In this document: piece after piece, positions 9,927-19,859 of the stretch | Layout: every line of letters begins with the position of its first letter | How positions within the stretch are numbered: the first letter of the stretch is position 1 | Virus record (IMG/VR): IMGVR_UViG_3300010413_000013 | Location: 1-64,000 of that record | From: a virus | Length of the DNA stretch: 64,000 nt | Strand: one strand, 5' to 3' | The notes under the pieces: model-generated | The model's input: the letters and a program-made list of their open reading frames with translations, nothing else | Database searches by the model: none | What the model was told of the DNA's origin: nothing | Program-made: the position numbers and the translations under genes

Positions 9927-10381
9927 AACACCTCATATCTTGAAAGTGATATATGCTTCTTCAGAGTTTTAATACCTTCTAAGCTACTCCAAAGAATAAC
10001 TCTTCTTCCTTTTTGTTCCACCGATATTCTTCTCTCCCTAAATACAGGTAGCATCTTTACCTTATCCCATTTGTTATTACTGATACCTAGGTTTCTTTTT
10101 AATACAACTTCTTCTATGTAATTATCTCCTACCTCTTTCCTCAAATAATCTTCTACCTGAGTTACATAGTCTACTCTCTTCAACATTTCTTCAGCAGGGA
10201 TAACACCATTAGTAGCAGTAGGTAAAGCATCTTTATCCGGTGGATAGATTTTATGGTAGTTCATTTTGTTATAGACTGTTGGCCTAGATACGTTTAATTC
10301 CTGTACACAAGCATCTACTAGTTCTGCTTTAGTAGAATACTTCTCTATATTTGCCATTAACCATTCTTTTATAGTAGTCAT
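9923..10381 (-). CDS. Hypothetical protein with N-terminal HTH-like motif
   Basis: CVQELNVSRPTVYNKM; overlaps the phosphoesterase start. Confidence 0.55.
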   Translation of the reverse strand: MTTIKEWLMANIEKYSTKAELVDACVQELNVSRPTVYNKMNYHKIYPPDKDALPTATNGVIPAEEMLKRVDYVTQVEDYLRKEVGDNYIEEVVLKRNLGISNNKWDKVKMLPVFRERRISVEQKGRRVILWSSLEGIKTLKKHISLSRYEVL

Positions 10382-10418
10382 AGGTTTTTCTCCTTTCTAA
10401 CTACATTATACCATATAT

Positions 10419-11768
10419 TTAACGAATTGCCCCGGCAATCTTTTTTGTTCCTGCAATTTCTGGAAACAAATCAGTTATCGCCCACACCATAGCATCTGCC
10501 CTATTTGGTGATCCTTCCCCCATAAAACCCCGATCCGTAAAGGAACATTGTTCTTCTTCCAGTTCTGGAAAGTAACCAATATGATGTATCAGACCATTCT
10601 CGTATAATGCTGAAACTGGTTCTGCTCGTACCGCTTTACCCCTAGAGGCTGTTACTCCTACATACTTGACATTCTTCTTCTGTGTCTTCACTACATACTC
10701 TACCATAGCACCACCATAATTCTTCTCTCCTACTATTCTATCAGCAAAATGTCTATCGTATGCATTAGTAGCTACTCTTCCCCAAGTTGCAGGACCAGCT
10801 TTAATAGTAACATCTTCTATTATGTATCCATGATTATTGTCTCCTAGACCAGCTACTACAATTCCTATTTCATCATTATGTGCATTCTCTTCATCATCTG
10901 CACCACTTGGATCTATTGCTACTACTACTTTCTTGAATGCTGGTACATGCCCTCCCGGTTTAATTCTATACTTATCTATTATATCATCTGTCCACAATGC
11001 ATTATCTAGTTCTTCAGTAAATTTACCTTCTAGGAAACGTAGACGTTTAGGACCACTAAGAGTAGACAAAATATCTTCTATGTAATCAGGTGGGAGGTTT
11101 GCTTCATTGTCTTTGGGATTCATGTAGAGAAATTCGTAATCTCTCCCCTTCTTTGGTAGTGGGGATCTACTGATAGGATCTTCTTTCTTGACAAACATCT
11201 TATAGCACCAGTGCGCTTTTGATGGGGGATTACAATCAAAGTAAAATCTATTAATTAAAGCTTCTGCTACTGTTTGTCCATCATCATTTACTACTTCTTG
11301 TACTGCTACTTGTGCAAGCCTTGTCTTCACTATTTCAAATCCAGAAAAAGGTATTTGTGATATCTCGTTCAAGTAGATAGTACAATACTCTAAACCCAAT
11401 ATCTTCTCTGTACGTTCTTTATTATCAAGTCCTCCAAACCATATTTCACTACCATTAGGAAAACGTACTACCCAATCCTGTTTGCTTACTCTCCAATCTC
11501 TACCTTCTTTTAATTCGGGGAAGCATAAGCGCATCATCTTTGGAAAGGTATCAAAAGCTATTGCTTTCTTAACATCGTTGAAAACAGATCGCAGGATACA
11601 ATGTCTACTATTGGGTGCTTTTAGTGCTCGTAGTGCTACACACCTACATAAAAGAAAAGTCTTCCCTGACCTACTCCCTCCTACAAACATTATATATTTA
11701 CTTCTGGAGGAAAGTAGCTGAAGACCTACTAGCTGTTTGGGTGTCCAGATAAAATTAGCTTCTGTCAT
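10419..11768 (-). CDS. terL: Terminase large subunit
   Basis: Walker A GGSRSGKT, Walker B-like YLNE, CNPP motif, and RNase H-like nuclease (AIDPS, VGEKNYGG, SPNRADA). Confidence 0.95.
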   Translation of the reverse strand: MTEANFIWTPKQLVGLQLLSSRSKYIMFVGGSRSGKTFLLCRCVALRALKAPNSRHCILRSVFNDVKKAIAFDTFPKMMRLCFPELKEGRDWRVSKQDWVVRFPNGSEIWFGGLDNKERTEKILGLEYCTIYLNEISQIPFSGFEIVKTRLAQVAVQEVVNDDGQTVAEALINRFYFDCNPPSKAHWCYKMFVKKEDPISRSPLPKKGRDYEFLYMNPKDNEANLPPDYIEDILSTLSGPKRLRFLEGKFTEELDNALWTDDIIDKYRIKPGGHVPAFKKVVVAIDPSGADDEENAHNDEIGIVVAGLGDNNHGYIIEDVTIKAGPATWGRVATNAYDRHFADRIVGEKNYGGAMVEYVVKTQKKNVKYVGVTASRGKAVRAEPVSALYENGLIHHIGYFPELEEEQCSFTDRGFMGEGSPNRADAMVWAITDLFPEIAGTKKIAGAIR

Positions 11769-11955
11769 CTATTGGAACTTGCCTCCCTCTTATGTTAGTC
11801 CAATCCTTAGTAGGATAGAAGTAGGGACAATCATCCCCATCTACTGGATCAAAGCATGGTCTTTGCTTCTTACACTCTCCAGCAAATTCACAATAGAAAG
11901 TCTTCTTGTATTTTCTCCTTTTGTTCTTCTTCTCTAATTCATCATCATTCTTCAT
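11755..11955 (-). CDS. Small Cys-rich hypothetical protein
   Basis: 66 aa with 4 Cys; overlaps the terL start. Confidence 0.45.
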   Translation of the reverse strand: MKNDDELEKKNKRRKYKKTFYCEFAGECKKQRPCFDPVDGDDCPYFYPTKDWTNIRGRQVPIDDRS

Positions 11956-12083
11956 CTTCTTCCTCTGAATCCTTATCAGTAGTGGGTTTAGGAGTAGTAA
12001 TATTATGACAACTACTACTATCCTTATTTCTACATTGGTTTGTCCCTCTATTCGGGCAATTATTGTTTTTATTCTTACAGTCT

Positions 12084-12884
12084 TTATCCATAATTTCCTC
12101 CTAATAATTTATCACCTCTTTTTAATACAGTCCACTGATAGTAGTCCTGTTTAGTTTCACATAATCTATATCCCATCTTACCAAGTAAGTAGTGTTTTAA
12201 CTCTTTATTGATTGCTGCTACTCTTTCCCAAGAAAAAAGCTTTTTGTATTCTACTCCTACTTGCTGATATCTTTTTCTATCACAATTGGTAAACGGTGCT
12301 GATTGTTTTACTTCTTCCGGTATTATGATATCTCCCCACCTAGATTTTTCTACTTCTAAATCATGTTGAATCTGTTGCAGAAACATCTTGGTATAAGCAG
12401 GATTTCTTATTAGTTCTTCATAAGGCACTTGGTAATCACATAGAGGCAACCACCAGTAGTAGAATCTTTGGTAGAGATTGGCAAGCTTTGCTGGATCTAT
12501 TCTTTTATCAATCCTCACTTCTGGATAGACTTTACAGATATTTACTTTCTTTCTATAAATAGAATCAATCCAAGAGTAGGGATGTTTATAGATCAGGAGT
12601 ATGTATATTTTCTTCTCTACTATTGCTCGTAATACTTCTCTACCGTAAATGTGTTTGTGAAAGCCTGTCTTTGGTGTGTTTACAATTACTACTTCTTCAG
12701 TATTCTGCAATAGTAGCTGTTCTAAGAAGGTAGTGCCGCTTCTCTGTAAACCTACTACTACTACATTTTTCTTTTTCATTCCAAGTAGTCTTTCTCTTCT
12801 AGTTTTAACTTCATAGGTATCATAGAATCTAAGGCACATAATGTTCACACTCCCTGCAAAGATCACTGCCCGGTGTATTATCAC
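12084..12884 (-). CDS. PAPS-dependent sulfotransferase-like protein (true start possibly 12779)
   Basis: 5'-PSB loop VVVVGLQRSGTTFL, 3'-PB-like YKHPYSWIDS, and VPYEELIRNP. Confidence 0.8.
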   Translation of the reverse strand: MIIHRAVIFAGSVNIMCLRFYDTYEVKTRRERLLGMKKKNVVVVGLQRSGTTFLEQLLLQNTEEVVIVNTPKTGFHKHIYGREVLRAIVEKKIYILLIYKHPYSWIDSIYRKKVNICKVYPEVRIDKRIDPAKLANLYQRFYYWWLPLCDYQVPYEELIRNPAYTKMFLQQIQHDLEVEKSRWGDIIIPEEVKQSAPFTNCDRKRYQQVGVEYKKLFSWERVAAINKELKHYLLGKMGYRLCETKQDYYQWTVLKRGDKLLGGNYG

Positions 12885-14658
12885 ATTCAGTATTTCTGCA
12901 TAAACATCGAGTAGAAATTAATCTTTCTCTTCTACTAAACATACTATAAACTACCAAATATCTTCTTAGTGCTCTTAGCATATGCCACTTAGTAGATCTC
13001 CCTGTGCTTCTTGCCAGTTCATACATCTTTGCTTTTAATATTTCACTCTCTATAGTAAAATCGTTATTATTCGGCATAGTCTTCACACCTTTCTTACCAT
13101 GCTACCCCCCATGACCAAGCAAGCAATAAAGCATTAATAAATATACAAGCATTATTAGTAATATTATCAAAATCAGAATCATGCCCATGCACCATTCCCT
13201 TTATTACTAATACCACCACTACTACTATGTACATCCAAAAATGGAACTTAACAAATAATTCCATATTACTACTCCTTAAAAGATTAATAGACGTTTTTTA
13301 TTCTCTATATTTATTATATCACGTTTTTCTTGAAGTTCGCTGGTTTTTTTATAAGTCTTTGTTTTCTTTCGTTGATTTACTGTGCCATCCCATCCTTTTA
13401 TGTATCTATCTGCTCTAGCACTTGCTTCTACTCTTCTTGGCAGTGTATCCTCCCTAGACATATCAGGCATTGCAAACTGCTTACTCCAGTTATTATAAAA
13501 AGCGTCTAATATAAGATCTTCTTCATTTGTTTGATTTATTTTATCATCCCAAATAGTCATTTACCACTCCAAATACTCACAAACTAATATTATGATTAAT
13601 ACTCCTATAATAATTAATGCTTCCATTATTCTTCTTCCTCTCCTTCATATGTGTCATTAAATAATTCATCATCGGGAATAAGTTTAAGTCTCTTTATAAA
13701 CTTGTATCTTGCAGTATGAGTAGCACTAGTTTTATCGTCTACTGAATTTCTCCATAATCCAAACGGTAGTTGAAACGACTCACTCCCAAATATCTCTACT
13801 AAGTCTTTTCTTCTTCTACTAGGCATTAGAACACCAAATCCCTTTTAGTTTTTATACCTAGCTCTTCTTCTACTTGCTCTGTTATCTTTTCTACTGCTTC
13901 TTCTGCATTAGCATACGTTGGAATAAATCTTCTATAAGGATCAGCAATACTAGTTACTTCTATAAAATCAGGAGCAGATACATAAGGGAAACTTACTGCA
14001 CTACAACTACTACTAACTATATTACTTCTACCTATATTCCTTTGTGCTGCTTGCTGTATAGGTACTATTTCTACTGGTCTATTTTCCGTTTTCTTCTTGG
14101 TTTCACCTCTTGTCTTTATTATCTCCAATGGTGGAACATATGGAGCATCTATTAAACCCATTTTCAATAGTAGCTTTTTAATCATGCTTACCTCTCATTA
14201 ACTCCTTTTACTACTCCTGCTAGCATCTCAATAATATTGCCTGTAACCATTGCAACAGACTTTTGTCCATTATATGTATTTACAAAAAGTAAATCTACAG
14301 TAGCTTTCTTTCCGACTGTTCCTCTAGGCACTACTATACATTCATCTAATTCTGCTGCTAAAAATTCAGGTGCTTCATATTTAGGAGCATCTTCTATACT
14401 TTCTGCTATTTTTATTTTTATACTATTTGTAGACATTTTACTACTCCTTATCTCTTCTTTCACTTCAAAAGCATAATTTACTACTATCCAATCTTCTATA
14501 CAATTTTCTCTACTAATAAGATGGTTTTTGTTCGCTGCTTTCATTTTCATTTTCCAATATGGATAGTAATCCTTAATAATGTCTCCTTCTGTTACTGTAT
14601 GCTCTCCTGCTAGATCTATATACTTAAACCTTCTAATCATTTTACTTCTCCATATCAT
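12829..14658 (-). CDS. Several small hypothetical genes (12829-13086, 13276-13560, 13626-13826, 13826-14185, 14188-14658)
   Basis: Co-oriented packed ORFs; no recognisable motifs. Confidence 0.5.
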
Positions 14659-14865
14659 AGAGTAATAGTAGAACTAAAAAGATTATAATCATTACTATTA
14701 AACTACTCATTCTATAAATCCTCTCTGATCTTCATATATACAATCTAGTAATGCCTTCTGTACTTCTTCCGGTAGACTACAAAACCAAGCAAAAAGAACA
14801 GCCTTTGTGTAGTCATTTAATAATATATCATTTGGCTCCGTTGTTACATGCAGTAGAAACATAAT

Positions 14866-15468
14866 TTATATCCTTTCATCAGTTTTATCTACTCTAATGC
14901 TTATAGGAACAGATTCAGTACTACCACCTAGTTCTGTTATCTGCTTTTGATGCCACCGTTCATAATTATTACATAGATTAAAAATAGGACCAGCAGCATG
15001 ACCTTGAAATAGACGTTCTTCTCCATATATTTGACAAACTGCTTTCAGCCTTTTTACTGTGCTACAGAAAGTAGACGGTCTACTAAGTTCACCAGTAGAG
15101 TAGACATATTCTCCTACTTCCCTTTTTTCAAGTAGTTGATCCTCTGTTAAATGTTTTGTGTTTCTTAAATTCTTTTCATAGTCAAGTAGTGTTACTCTAT
15201 CCATTCCTAATGCAAAAGCTAATCCACTTATAGTATATGGTGTAACTTGTTTCCAATAGCTTTCTACTACTTTCTTTTTATCTCCTTTCCCTTTTGTTAT
15301 TTTTACTTTTCTCCAACAGCTTCTAAAGTAGGCTACTCCTGCTTCTTCCATTTGTTCTGGAGTAGAAAACCTTGGTGGTCTACCAAGTCTAGGTAATCCG
15401 GTAATAGGATCTGTCCAAGAAAAACGGTGCAGCCTTTCTACTATTATCCTTTCTCTCTTCTTCCTCAT
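14866..15468 (-). CDS. terS: Terminase small subunit (P22 gp3-like DNA packaging protein)
   Basis: GRPPRFSTPEQM...YF...PYTISGLAFALGMDRVTLLDYE...AGPIFNLCNNY..W..KQ pattern. Confidence 0.85.
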   Translation of the reverse strand: MRKKRERIIVERLHRFSWTDPITGLPRLGRPPRFSTPEQMEEAGVAYFRSCWRKVKITKGKGDKKKVVESYWKQVTPYTISGLAFALGMDRVTLLDYEKNLRNTKHLTEDQLLEKREVGEYVYSTGELSRPSTFCSTVKRLKAVCQIYGEERLFQGHAAGPIFNLCNNYERWHQKQITELGGSTESVPISIRVDKTDERI

Positions 15469-15651
15469 TATTATTTATTTAGTCTCCTTCATCTCTTATT
15501 TCTTTTAATTCTTCTGTTAATACCTCTGCAATTTTATCTCCTAATATACTACTATCCATTTCTACTACTACTTCACTTTTATTCATTAACTCTCGAATGC
15601 CTTGCAATTCAGCAAGGATGTCTTCTAACAATCTTGTTATTTTCCACATTA

Positions 15652-15999
15652 TTATTTCTCCTTTATTTCTACTCCCTCTTTTAGTTCAATGATTATATTT
15701 TCCAGACATAGATAATCCTTATAAGCAGTAATCATCAAACCCGGTTCTTCTCTTTCCATTATGGTAGATAACACCTTCTTATTCTCTTTATGTAGTTCTA
15801 TAGTAAATGGATATTCAAAGAAGCCTAGCTTTAGTGGACGTAACTGTACGGTTATTACTACTCGATTATTTTTTTCATCCAAAAATAAATCATCTGGAAT
15901 TAAAGTCTTCTCTGCTATTAAATTATTCTCTGCTGTTCTCAATTGCATAACACTATCGTTTAACATAATAGCAATATGTAATAATTTTTCCAGTGACAT
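15652..15999 (-). CDS. Hypothetical protein
   Basis: 115 aa, AGGAG RBS. Confidence 0.6.
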   Translation of the reverse strand: MSLEKLLHIAIMLNDSVMQLRTAENNLIAEKTLIPDDLFLDEKNNRVVITVQLRPLKLGFFEYPFTIELHKENKKVLSTIMEREEPGLMITAYKDYLCLENIIIELKEGVEIKEK

Positions 16000-16010
16000 A
16001 ATTTTCTCCT

Positions 16011-16283
16011 TTAAAGCGTAATCTCTACTATTACTCTACCTACTTCTCTCCTAGTCATACCTGTTGAGGTATGTTCCTCCATGCCTATCTGTATCCAAGT
16101 AGGAAAAACGCCTGTTTCTTTTTTAAACTGCTCTACTAAAGTATTTACAGAAGAACGAATATCTATTTCTAGTTGTCTCTTCCTTGTTTTCACACTCCTG
16201 ATAGTAGGTTCTTGATAAAGTTCCTGCTTTACTCCTCCTTCTCCTTGTTGCTTTCGTGGTCTACCTCTAGTAGGTGCTACCAT
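16011..16283 (-). CDS. Hypothetical protein with AT-hook-like RGRPRK
   Basis: First gene of the leftward arm; AGGAG RBS. Confidence 0.6.
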   Translation of the reverse strand: MVAPTRGRPRKQQGEGGVKQELYQEPTIRSVKTRKRQLEIDIRSSVNTLVEQFKKETGVFPTWIQIGMEEHTSTGMTRREVGRVIVEITL

Positions 16284-16331
16284 AGTACTACTCCTTTTTA
16301 TTGGTTAAAAAAATCCTCATCTTTCAATTTC

Positions 16332-16353
16332 ATTATACCACATTTTTCAACAA
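16332..16353 (-). promoter_or_regulatory. Extended -10 promoter (leftward)
   Basis: TTGTTGAAAAATGTGGTATAAT on the minus strand. Confidence 0.7.
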
Positions 16354-16395
16354 TCACGCAGGTTTGATAAAAAAATAAAAAAAATTTCGGTAAGA

Positions 16396-16423
16396 TTGAA
16401 CAAAAATGTGGTATAATACAAAC
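16396..16423 (+). promoter_or_regulatory. Extended -10 promoter (rightward)
   Basis: TTGAACAAAAATGTGGTATAATACAAAC; 27/28 identical to 28752-28779. Confidence 0.75.
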
Positions 16424-16454
16424 GTATGATTAGAAATTCTTTCAAGGAGGAAAT

Positions 16455-16721
16455 TTGACAAATATGCAGATCGGCAGGAAGAAAATCAGATTCCAGAAAA
16501 TTTATCCCGAAAGGGACCGTTCTACTGATTGGAGTAGATGGTTTCTAGACATTGGTAGAGGCTTCTTTATTTGGGATGAACCAGAACGAAAAGGAAAATT
16601 TATTTGTGGTGCAGGAAGTTTCTCATTTGGAGAAGAAAGAGTAAAACTTATTGAAAGGATCAAGAAAGATGGTAGTACTGTCTTCGGAAATAAGATCAGA
16701 GAGAAAATACTACTTCAGTAA
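16455..16721 (+). CDS. Hypothetical protein
   Basis: AAGGAGG RBS before the TTG/ATG start. Confidence 0.6.
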   Translation: MTNMQIGRKKIRFQKIYPERDRSTDWSRWFLDIGRGFFIWDEPERKGKFICGAGSFSFGEERVKLIERIKKDGSTVFGNKIREKILLQ

Positions 16722-16794
16722 AATGAGTAGAAATGTGGTTGTAGACTATGGATACTTGTCTACTTTGTGTAAAATCAAACACTTAAAAAGCCGC

Positions 16795-16890
16795 TTTATA
16801 TATAATATATTAAATAGAGTAATTACTCGTAAGAGTAATTATCGTAAGTACTTCGTACTTACTCAAATTATCTTACTCGTAATTACCGTG
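16795..16890. repeat. Cluster of overlapping palindromes and direct repeats; candidate replication origin
   Basis: GAGTAATTACTC (16817-28), AATTACTC-gtaa-GAGTAATT (16821-40), GTAAGTAC-ttc-GTACTTAC (16844-62) and TTACTCGTAA twice, next to an AT-rich run and upstream of the helicase. Confidence 0.45.
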
Positions 16891-16924
16891 TTTCTGCGAA
16901 ACACGTTCTACTTCTTCTTACTGC

Positions 16925-17698
16925 TTGGAGCAAACGGTGAGAAGAAAAATTAGAAAAAAGATTCTTGTAGAGAGTTTTGAATATGGTAGAAGTCTATCTT
17001 CTGAAAACGAAACAGAGATAGAAATGTCTACTGCTACAAAAACAATAATAGATCATTGGTACAATATGCCAAACTTAATCAAATCAAAATTTAATACTAA
17101 AGCTTTTGAGAGAGCAATTATGTTTCTCAATAATAGGAAAATACTATCAGATGTAAAATCTACACATTTCTACTCTATAGAAAAATATCTATCAGCAATA
17201 CAAACCTACAATAATATTCTGCCAAGTGGAAATGTGAAGAAAGTAAATATAGCAGATTTTTTCATCCCACCAGATAGAAGATATTCAAAACAACCCACCT
17301 ACTATCAATTAATTACTTCTGGAAAAATGGAAGAACATATCAAAATAGATGGAACTATAAAACAAAGAAAATATGTTGCTAGTAGAATCCAATGGCATTA
17401 CTGCAAGCATGTACTAGGTGCAGATCCTAATAAACATAGTATCTCACAGAAGCAGGGAAGAGATTTTGCAATAGCAGCTAGAAAATTACTTCGCTATATG
17501 TACAAAAATAATAAATTGGATATAATAGACTATGAAGAAGGAGCAAAGCTGGATGATTTTATTAGAACATTAATAGCAGCAATTCGCTGGAACTACAGAA
17601 TGAAGTTCTTCCATATAGGATGCCTTTGTAGTGAACACACATTTACAGAAGTTTTACCAAAGTATGTACATTTACAAATTAGAAAGGGAAAAAAATGA
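16925..17698 (+). CDS. Hypothetical basic protein, possible replication initiator/helicase loader
   Basis: 257 aa. The function is inferred only from its position between the putative ori and the DnaB-like helicase. Confidence 0.5.
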   Translation: MEQTVRRKIRKKILVESFEYGRSLSSENETEIEMSTATKTIIDHWYNMPNLIKSKFNTKAFERAIMFLNNRKILSDVKSTHFYSIEKYLSAIQTYNNILPSGNVKKVNIADFFIPPDRRYSKQPTYYQLITSGKMEEHIKIDGTIKQRKYVASRIQWHYCKHVLGADPNKHSISQKQGRDFAIAARKLLRYMYKNNKLDIIDYEEGAKLDDFIRTLIAAIRWNYRMKFFHIGCLCSEHTFTEVLPKYVHLQIRKGKK

Positions 17699-17874
17699 AA
17701 TTTAGTGGAAAGAGATTTACAGTTGCAATAGTATTAGCTACTATGCTTCTAATGGTTTTTTTATTTTCGGCAAGTGTTATTGCATATATAGTAGCTAATC
17801 CTTGTTTAAGGGTAATAGCATTAGGAGTAGCATTTATGTGTATGGTAGTAATTCTCTACAATGGATTGGAATAG
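17695..17874 (+). CDS. Small 2-TM membrane protein
   Basis: Hand translation MKFSGKRFTVAIVLATMLLMVFLFSASVIAYIVANPCLRVIALGVAFMCMVVILYNGLE; ATGA overlap with the upstream gene. Confidence 0.55.
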   Translation: MKFSGKRFTVAIVLATMLLMVFLFSASVIAYIVANPCLRVIALGVAFMCMVVILYNGLE

Positions 17875-17877
17875 TGT

Positions 17878-19290
17878 ATGAAAAAAGTAAAATTAAAAGC
17901 TGGTATAGAAAGACAAATTCTGATAGGACTTATTACTTCTGATTCATTCACCAGAAAAGTTCTACCAATAATGGAGATTAATTTACTAGAAATGCCAGCA
18001 GCTAGAATAGTAGCTGCTTGGGCATTCGAGTATTTTGGGAAGTATAAAAGCAGCCCAAAAAAGCATATTAAGGATATTTTTACTGATAAGAGCAGGAAGA
18101 TAAAAAAAGAAGAAACAAAAGAATGGATAGATGACTTTCTACAATCTATTAATAAAGAATATGAAAGCAGTGATTTTAATGAAGAATTATTATTTGATAG
18201 GACATTACGTTATTTAAAAAGACAAAAACTTAGAAGTAATATAAATCAAATAGAAGATCTTCTAGATTTAGATAAAGTAGAAGAGGCCGATCAACTTTGG
18301 ATAGAAAGTAGAAAAATAGCTAGTTCATTAGATCTTGGTTTTGATCCACTCTCTATTACTACTACCAAAGAACTACTGAAAAAAGAGAAAGATCGAATTA
18401 CTGTCTATACTGGTATCCCAAAATTAGACAAACTAACAGGACCATTAAAATCAGGATGGTTAGCAGTATTTATGGGACCACAAAAAAGAGGGAAAACATG
18501 GACACTTCTTTGCCTTGCTGTCAATGCTTGCTTGCAAGGTTTTAATGTAGTATTTATTTCTCTCGAAAGTTTGGATGTAGATTTAGCTTTACGCCTTTGG
18601 TCTATGATAGGTAGTTTGGTAGTAAAGATGGATGATAGAGACACAAGAAAAACAGTAATGCTGGATTTTCCTTATTATACTGACAATGATGAAGTTCTGT
18701 ATAAAAAAAGAAAAAAGAAAATAATGACTGATAAGAATGTACTTGATGCTGTAAGAAGGTTTAATATGCATTCTACCGGCAAGCTTATTATGAAAGTCTT
18801 CCCAATGCATACAGCAGGACCAACAGAAATAGATGCTTATTTGGATAGCTTAGAAGCATTTGAAGATTTTACTCCAGATGTTGCAGTAATAGACTACTTA
18901 GGGATTATGAAAGGTGTAGCAGAACCAAGAGAAAGATACAATCTAAATGCTGCTTACCTTAAAAGTATGGCACAAGAAAGAAAAATGTTAGTAGCAGCAG
19001 GACATCAAGGTAGAAGAGAAACAATAGAAGCATTCAATATTAATTCAGAAGATATGCCAGAAGACATTCGGATACTAGGACATTTAGATCTTCTGTATGG
19101 TTTGAACCAAACACATGAAGAGAGAGTAAGTGGGATATTTAGGATCAGTAATTTAATTCATAGACATGCTAGATACGTTCCTACCAAACAGGTACAATTA
19201 CTACAACAATTAGAAGCAGGACAATTTGCACTAGATGGTAAACTAATAGATGCAAAGGAAATAGAAGAAGAAATTCTTGAAAGGGAGTAA
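17878..19290 (+). CDS. dnaB: DnaB-like replicative helicase
   Basis: TGIPKLDKLTG, Walker A GPQKRGKT, FISLE, VIDYL. Confidence 0.9.
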   Translation: MKKVKLKAGIERQILIGLITSDSFTRKVLPIMEINLLEMPAARIVAAWAFEYFGKYKSSPKKHIKDIFTDKSRKIKKEETKEWIDDFLQSINKEYESSDFNEELLFDRTLRYLKRQKLRSNINQIEDLLDLDKVEEADQLWIESRKIASSLDLGFDPLSITTTKELLKKEKDRITVYTGIPKLDKLTGPLKSGWLAVFMGPQKRGKTWTLLCLAVNACLQGFNVVFISLESLDVDLALRLWSMIGSLVVKMDDRDTRKTVMLDFPYYTDNDEVLYKKRKKKIMTDKNVLDAVRRFNMHSTGKLIMKVFPMHTAGPTEIDAYLDSLEAFEDFTPDVAVIDYLGIMKGVAEPRERYNLNAAYLKSMAQERKMLVAAGHQGRRETIEAFNINSEDMPEDIRILGHLDLLYGLNQTHEERVSGIFRISNLIHRHARYVPTKQVQLLQQLEAGQFALDGKLIDAKEIEEEILERE

Positions 19291-19292
19291 AA

Positions 19293-19859
19293 ATGAAAAA
19301 ATATTCATCTTATATTACTACATACTCCGGTATAAAATTTGGATTTGTAGATATTGACAAATCATTAATATACATAGGAGACATAGCACATGCATTAAGT
19401 AATATTTGCAGATTTGGTGGACATACAAAAGAGTTTTATTCAGTAGCAGAACATTCAGTGCTAGTAAGTAGGAATGTATCTAAAGAAGCTGCTATCTATG
19501 GATTGATGCATGATGCTGGAGAAGCATATTTAATGGATATTCCTAGACCTATAAAACAATTTGCACCAAAATTAGAAAGACTTGAACAAAAATTACTTAA
19601 TGCTATAGTAGAGAAATACAATATTCCCATTAATAAAAAGATAATAGAAGAAGTAAAAGATGCAGATAATAGAATACTAGAAGCAGAAGGAGCAGTAGTA
19701 TTTCAACAAACACCGACATGGTGGAATAGTGAAGGAATAGATCCTAGGAATGCAAACGGAGAATTAGTACTTTCTGTAAAATGCTTACCACCAAAGGATG
19801 CTAAAGAACTTTTCTTAATAAGATTTTTTGGGATTGTACCAAGATGGCAAACAAAATAA
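19293..19859 (+). CDS. HD-domain 5'-deoxynucleotidase (YfdR-like)
   Basis: DIAHALSNICRFGGHT..FYSVAEHS...LMHDAGEAY..DIPRPIK. Confidence 0.85.
   Translation: MKKYSSYITTYSGIKFGFVDIDKSLIYIGDIAHALSNICRFGGHTKEFYSVAEHSVLVSRNVSKEAAIYGLMHDAGEAYLMDIPRPIKQFAPKLERLEQKLLNAIVEKYNIPINKKIIEEVKDADNRILEAEGAVVFQQTPTWWNSEGIDPRNANGELVLSVKCLPPKDAKELFLIRFFGIVPRWQTK

Noticed and set aside
16651-16953. 100-aa ORF bridging 16455 and 16925
   Set aside because: No RBS, overlaps both neighbours and runs through the palindrome cluster; more likely non-coding.
19293-19859. HD hydrolase as DatZ of a 2-aminoadenine (Z-genome) pathway
   Set aside because: No PurZ/MazZ-like genes in the window; the motifs fit the common YfdR-like nucleotidase.
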